Part shown: piece by piece, positions 59,182-64,000 of the stretch
How positions within the stretch are numbered: position 1 is the first letter of the stretch
How the letters are laid out: each line of letters starts with the position of its first letter
Source of the DNA: Mustelus asterias
Lineage: Eukaryota
Direction of reading: 5' to 3'
Assembly: GCF_964213995.1 (NCBI RefSeq)
Contig: NW_027590215.1
Location: 248,001 to 312,000, forward strand
DNA: 64,000 bases
Program-made: the position numbers and the translations under genes
Notes under the pieces: model-generated
What the model saw: the letters and a program-made list of their open reading frames with translations, nothing else
The model's database searches: none
What the model was told of the DNA's origin: nothing

Positions 59182-60024
59182 TCACTCGTGAATTTGCTGG
59201 TGTCTCAGCAGCTGGGATGAAACTCTGAATCCCTTCCCACACTGAGAGCAGGTGAACGGCCTCTCCCCAGTGTGAACTCGCTGGTGTGTCCGCAGGCTGG
59301 ATGAGTTAGTGAATCCCTTCTCACACTTCGGGCAGGTGAATGGCCTCTGTCCGGTGTGAACTCGCTGGTGTGTCTGCAGACTGGATGAGGCAATAAATCC
59401 CTTCCCACACTGAGAGCAGGTGAATGGTCTCTCCCCAGTGTGAACTCGCTGGTGTGTCTGCAGGCTGGAAGACTTGGTGAATCCTTTCTCACGCTGAGAG
59501 CAGGTGAACGGCCTCTCTCCGGTATGAACTCGCTGATGTTTCTGCAGGGTGGATAATTGAGTGAATCCCTTCCCACACACAGTGCAGGTGAATGGTCTCT
59601 CCCCAGTGTGAACTCGCTGGTGTGTCCGCAGGGTGGATAACTGACGGAATCCCTTCCCACACACAGGGCAGGTGAATGGTCTCTCCCCAGTGTGAACTCG
59701 CTGGTGTCTCTGCTGGTTGGATAACTGACTGAATCTCTTCCCACACACGCAGCAGGTGAATGGCTTCTTCCCAGTGTGAACCCGCTGGTGTTTCTGCAGG
59801 CTGGATGACTGAGTGAATCCCTTCCTACACACAGAGCAGGTGAATGGCCTCTTCCCAGTGTGAACTAGTTGGTGTGTCCGCAGTTCGGATGACTGAGTGA
59901 ATCCCTTTCCACACACACAGCAGCTGAAGGGCCTCTCCCCAGTGTGACTGCGTCGATGAATTTCCAGCCGAGATGGGCACATGTATCCCTTCCCACAGTC
60001 CCCACATTTCCACAGTTTCCCCAT
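59182..60024 (-). CDS. C2H2 zinc-finger protein, 280 aa, 10 fingers (7th has CSQR)
   Basis: accATGg MGKLWKC ORF; acceptor ttttacag at about 60386. Confidence 0.85.
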   Translation of the reverse strand: MGKLWKCGDCGKGYMCPSRLEIHRRSHTGERPFSCCVCGKGFTQSSELRTHQLVHTGKRPFTCSVCRKGFTQSSSLQKHQRVHTGKKPFTCCVCGKRFSQLSNQQRHQRVHTGERPFTCPVCGKGFRQLSTLRTHQRVHTGERPFTCTVCGKGFTQLSTLQKHQRVHTGERPFTCSQREKGFTKSSSLQTHQRVHTGERPFTCSQCGKGFIASSSLQTHQRVHTGQRPFTCPKCEKGFTNSSSLRTHQRVHTGERPFTCSQCGKGFRVSSQLLRHQQIHE

Positions 60025-60072
60025 GGTTCGGGTCCTTGTGACTCTGTAGTTTAAACAATCAGTTAAATCTCA

Positions 60073-60180
<108 letters not shown>

Positions 60181-60779
60181 TCAGGTGTGTGTGTGTGTGT
60201 CTTGGTGCTTTTCCAGTCACACAGTTACTTAAAATCTTCAGAAGCTGACAGAACAGAGAAACATTTCCCCTTCTAGATTCAAAGGTCAGTGATATTGAGG
60301 TCCCGATGAATTGGGTGATTCTGTCAGATGTTGATGTGACGTTTGGTTTGAGATTTCTGTCTGTAAATTCTCACCTTCTGATATGCTGTAAAAGGAATTT
60401 ACAAAAGTCATCAGTGTCAGCACAGGATAGAAATTCCGAACAGACAAATCAAGTTTCTAAGGAACATTCTTTTCTCTCTCATTCCCCAAAAGCTGTGAAT
60501 CTCCATCCCACACACTCTCCCTCCATTCTCACTCTGCTGTATCTAATATTCACCCTCCATATTCTCCTGAAGGTGCTGATTGACAGATCCATGCTCACTG
60601 CTTCCTGTCCTGGACACAGAGAGCTGGAAATCTCCATGCAGGCTGCCAGACAGATGTATGTCTATATGACTGGACCAAAAATGTATGGATTATATAGACT
60701 GGACTCACTTCCTTTCCCTTCAGTGACTAAGGGCGGACAAATCACCAGGACCCAATGAACTGCGTGCCAGCTTTTTAAT

Positions 60780-62245
60780 GGAGGTTGCTGAAGAGATAGT
60801 GGAGAATTTTGTTGAAATTTTTTGTAACTTGCTAGATTCCGGGAGAGTATCAGAAGATTGGCAGTCAGCCAATGTGACTCCCTTGGTCAAAAAGGGAGAA
60901 AGGCAGAAGGCAGGGAACTAGAGGCCAGTTAATTTAACATCTATTATTGGCAAGACGCTGGAGTCAATAATCAAAGAGCAAATAGCTAATCATTTAGGAA
61001 AGCTGAATATAATCAAACCTCGTCAACATGGTTCTCAGAAAGATAAATTATGTTTGACAAATTTGCTTGAATTGTTTGAGGATATAAGAAGGAGGGTAGA
61101 TCGCGAGAAATCTGTAGTTTATTTAGATATGGCGCCATGGCAGCACAGTGGTTAGCACTGCTGCCTCAGTGCCAGGGACCTGCGTTCAATCCCAGCCTTG
61201 GGTGACAGTCTGTGTGGAGTATGCACATTCTCTCCATGTCTGTGTGGATTTCTGAGTTCTCCAGGTTCTTCCCACAGTCCAAAGATGTGCGGGTTAGATT
61301 GATTGGCCATGCTAAATTGCCCCTTTGTGTCCCAATAGATGTAGATTAGGTGGATTAGTGGGGTAAAAATGTAGGGCTACAGGGATAGGGCCGGGAAAGA
61401 TAAGTCGAGAGTTGGGGAAGATGCAATAAAGTCACCCCTCTGTCTTCTAAACCTGGCAAATGGAGTTTAAAGTGGGGAAGTGTGAGGTCATGTATTTCAG
61501 TAGGAGGAATCAACAGGGAGATTATCTAAATGGAGAGAGGCTGCCGGTGAGTGAAGTACAGAGGGATCTTGGTGTTCTTGTGCATGAATCACAAAAAGCT
61601 AGCAGGCAGGTCCCACACGAGTTAAGGAGGAAAATGGCATTTTGGCTTTTATTGCAAAGGGGTTGGAGTTTAAAAACAGGGAGGTTTTGTTGCAACTGTA
61701 CAGTGTGTTGGTGATGCCTCACCTGGGATAATGCATACAGTTTTGATCCCCTTACCTAAGTAAGGATATAGTAATATTGGACATAGTCCAAAGGAAATTC
61801 ACCAGGCTAATTCCTGGGATAGGAGGGTTGTCCTATCAAGAGGGAGTAAATTGTCAAGGTCTGTGTTCCTTGACGTTTTGAAGACAAGGGAGTTATTGAA
61901 ACATTTCAGATCCTGAGGGGGCTTGACAGGGTAGATGGTGAGATATTGTCACGAGTGGGAGAGTCTCAAACAAAATAAAGGGTCAGTCATTTAAAACTGA
62001 GGTGTGCAGGAATTTCTTCTCATAGAGGATGATGAAGCTCTGGAATTCCCCGCCCCAAAGGGTGGTGGAGGCTGGATCGTTAGAAGTATTTAAAGTGGAG
62101 GGGGATACATATTTGATAGATCGGGGAATACAGGGCTATGGGGAAATGGCACAGTAAAGGAGTTGAAACCGGCATCAGTCAGCTATGATCGGATTGAATG
62201 GCGGGACAGGCTTCAAGGGCCTGGTGGCCGCTCCTGTTTCTATTT
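60780..62245 (+). mobile_element. Old CR1 fragment with internal deletion and a SINE insert (61133-61400)
   Basis: DWQSANVTPL..QHGF..; MEFKVGKCEVM..QRDLGVLVHES; 3' stem. Confidence 0.8.
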
Positions 62246-62249
62246 CTCG

Positions 62250-62960
62250 TGATCAGTTGCTGCAAGTCAACAATTTCCCCCAGAATGAGAAACAAAATGG
62301 AAAGGGTGAGAAAAGAAAGTGTTTTACTCACAGATGTTGAAGACAGAAGGAAGTTTGAGCCTGTCTGAAGCTCAATCTTCATTCAGAGAAAGAGCAGCAG
62401 CAGCTTCGCTGGGCAGGAATGAGCAGTTGAACAAGCTCATTGTGCAACTTCCGCATTCAGACAATGTGGGAGCTCTGATTGGCTGGAGGATCAGAGGCCT
62501 TCCGGTCCTCCAGAGTTCCCATTGGTCAATCCCCCGCAGACAGACAATGAGGGGCGGAGCCCCACGTGGGGATGGGCGGGCCTGTGCCCTCCAGCCGCGC
62601 TGAGCTGTTGTCCAATTGGAAAGGCTGGAAGACCCAGACAGACAATGGTCAGTGCGCCGGCTTTGTCCCGGGCCCCGCCCCACACCCGCACATGCGCATT
62701 CCCCCAAAACCCGCACATGCGCACTTCTGATTCACTTCCGCTCACCAGCTCTGGCCAATGGGAAGACTTGGAGGACCGGAAAGACCGTGGTCCTCCAGCC
62801 AATCAGAGCGCGGGCTTTGTGTGCGTGAAGATTGAGCTTCAGACAGACTCAAACTTCCTTCAGTCTCAACCTAAAAGAGGCCAACATCTGTGAGTAAAAC
62901 ACTTTCTTTTCTCATTCTGGGGGTAATTGGAGAATTGCAACAACTGAAGGAAAAGGAAGT
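62250..62960. promoter_or_regulatory. Mirror-image bidirectional promoter with two first exons (donors at about 62331(-) and 62890(+))
   Basis: 62252-62530(-) and 62750-62950(+) are homologous inverted copies; GC boxes and GCACATGCGCA twice in the centre. Confidence 0.75.
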
Positions 62961-63024
62961 GAATCCAGGGAGAGTGCAGACTCAGGAAAGGTTGGCCCAG
63001 GTCTCTCTCTTAAAGAAATTTAAG

Positions 63025-63520
63025 AGAAACATAGAAGATCGGAGCAGGAGGAAGCCATTTGGCCCTTCGAGCCTGCTCTGCCATTCATTAAGATCATGGA
63101 TGATCAAGCAACTCAATAGTCTAATCCTGCTTTCTCCCCATAACCTTTGATCCCATTCACCCCAAGTGCTATATCTAGCTGCTTTTGAATACATTCAATG
63201 TTTTGGCATCAATTACTTCCTGTGGTCATGAATTTCAGAGACTCACCACTCTTTGGGTGAAGAAATGTCTCCTCACCTCTGTCCTAAATGGTCTACCCTG
63301 AATCCTCAGACTGTGACCCTTGGTTCTGGACTCCCCCACCATCAGAAACATCCTCCCTGCATCTATCCTGTCTCGACCTGTTAGAATTTTATAAGTCTCT
63401 ATGAGATCCCCCCTCATTCATCTGAACTCCAGCGAAAACAATCCTAACCGAGTCAGTCTCTCCTCATACATCAGTCCCGCCATTCCCTGAATCAGCCTGG
63501 TAAACATCCTTTGCTCCCTC
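63025..63520 (-). mobile_element. CR1 3' fragment
   Basis: MRGDLIETYKILTGRDRID..RPFRTEVRRHFFTQRVV. Confidence 0.88.
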
Positions 63521-63919
63521 AGCTTGACACATTTATTTGTCTGTCTAAAAGGATGGTCTTTTTTCTAATGTTCACAATTAAAGGGCAGCTTGCCCCAGGA
63601 GATGGCTGACATTTACGTTAATATAGGACAGAGATATGTCTAGTGTTGTTATAAGGTACCCAGATTAAATATATTATTTATGTTCCTGTATTCAAATACT
63701 TTTATTATTATTTCTTGCATTTTAATATAATGCTGTAGCGATGTTATACATTTCCAGTCATAAAGCCATTACAGCACAGAAGGAATTCATTCGGTAACTC
63801 GAGCCCAGGCTGACTCTCTGTATAACATTCCAGTCCCGTTCCCACTCTATATCCCCATTGTCCTGAAAGTTTATTTCCTTCAATTGCCCATCCACTTTCA
63901 TTTTTAAATAGAATCCATA

Positions 63920-64000
63920 GATATGGATGGAGATTTACAACTTTTTGGGAATGAAATAGGAAAGAATGTTCCATAGAAACTAGAATTGTCTACTCTGAAT
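63920..64000 (+). other. Start of the conserved pre-acceptor intron module, implying another ZNF exon just beyond the window
   Basis: ggatggagatttaca..gaatgttccatagaaactagaattgtc matches 14000-14075 and 48709-48785. Confidence 0.7.

Overview
Vertebrate genomic DNA, most likely a shark or other elasmobranch. That assignment is inferred from HE1/V-SINE-like tRNA SINEs, abundant CR1 LINEs and 'MEKPWKC'-type zinc-finger genes. The window is a cluster of C2H2 zinc-finger genes with no effector domain (no KRAB/SCAN/BTB seen). Four look intact, one is intact apart from a decayed C-terminus, one has a 2-nt deletion just after its ATG, and there are four pseudogenes/fragments plus the 5' part of one more gene at the right edge. 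They are mostly head-to-head pairs around CpG-rich promoters and share paralogous 5' UTR, intron and 3' UTR modules. The intergenic DNA is mostly retroelements: many CR1 fragments, one full-length CR1 with intact ORF1 and ORF2, SINEs, Penelope-like pLTR hairpins, a GalEa-like Copia remnant, a Gypsy-like remnant and a Tx1-like 3' end. The strongest leads are: a canonical U_UUA_AAC -1 frameshift site linking ORF1 to ORF2 of the intact CR1; minimal hammerhead ribozymes with compensatory stem changes in Penelope-like inserts; a conserved GGAGGACC-N11-GGTCCTCC palindrome between paired CCAAT boxes in the ZNF promoters, including a mirror-image bidirectional promoter; and ZNF start codons that arose from a TGEKP linker, leaving fossil fingers in the 5' UTR. 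All coordinates and alignments were read by eye, so repeat boundaries are approximate.
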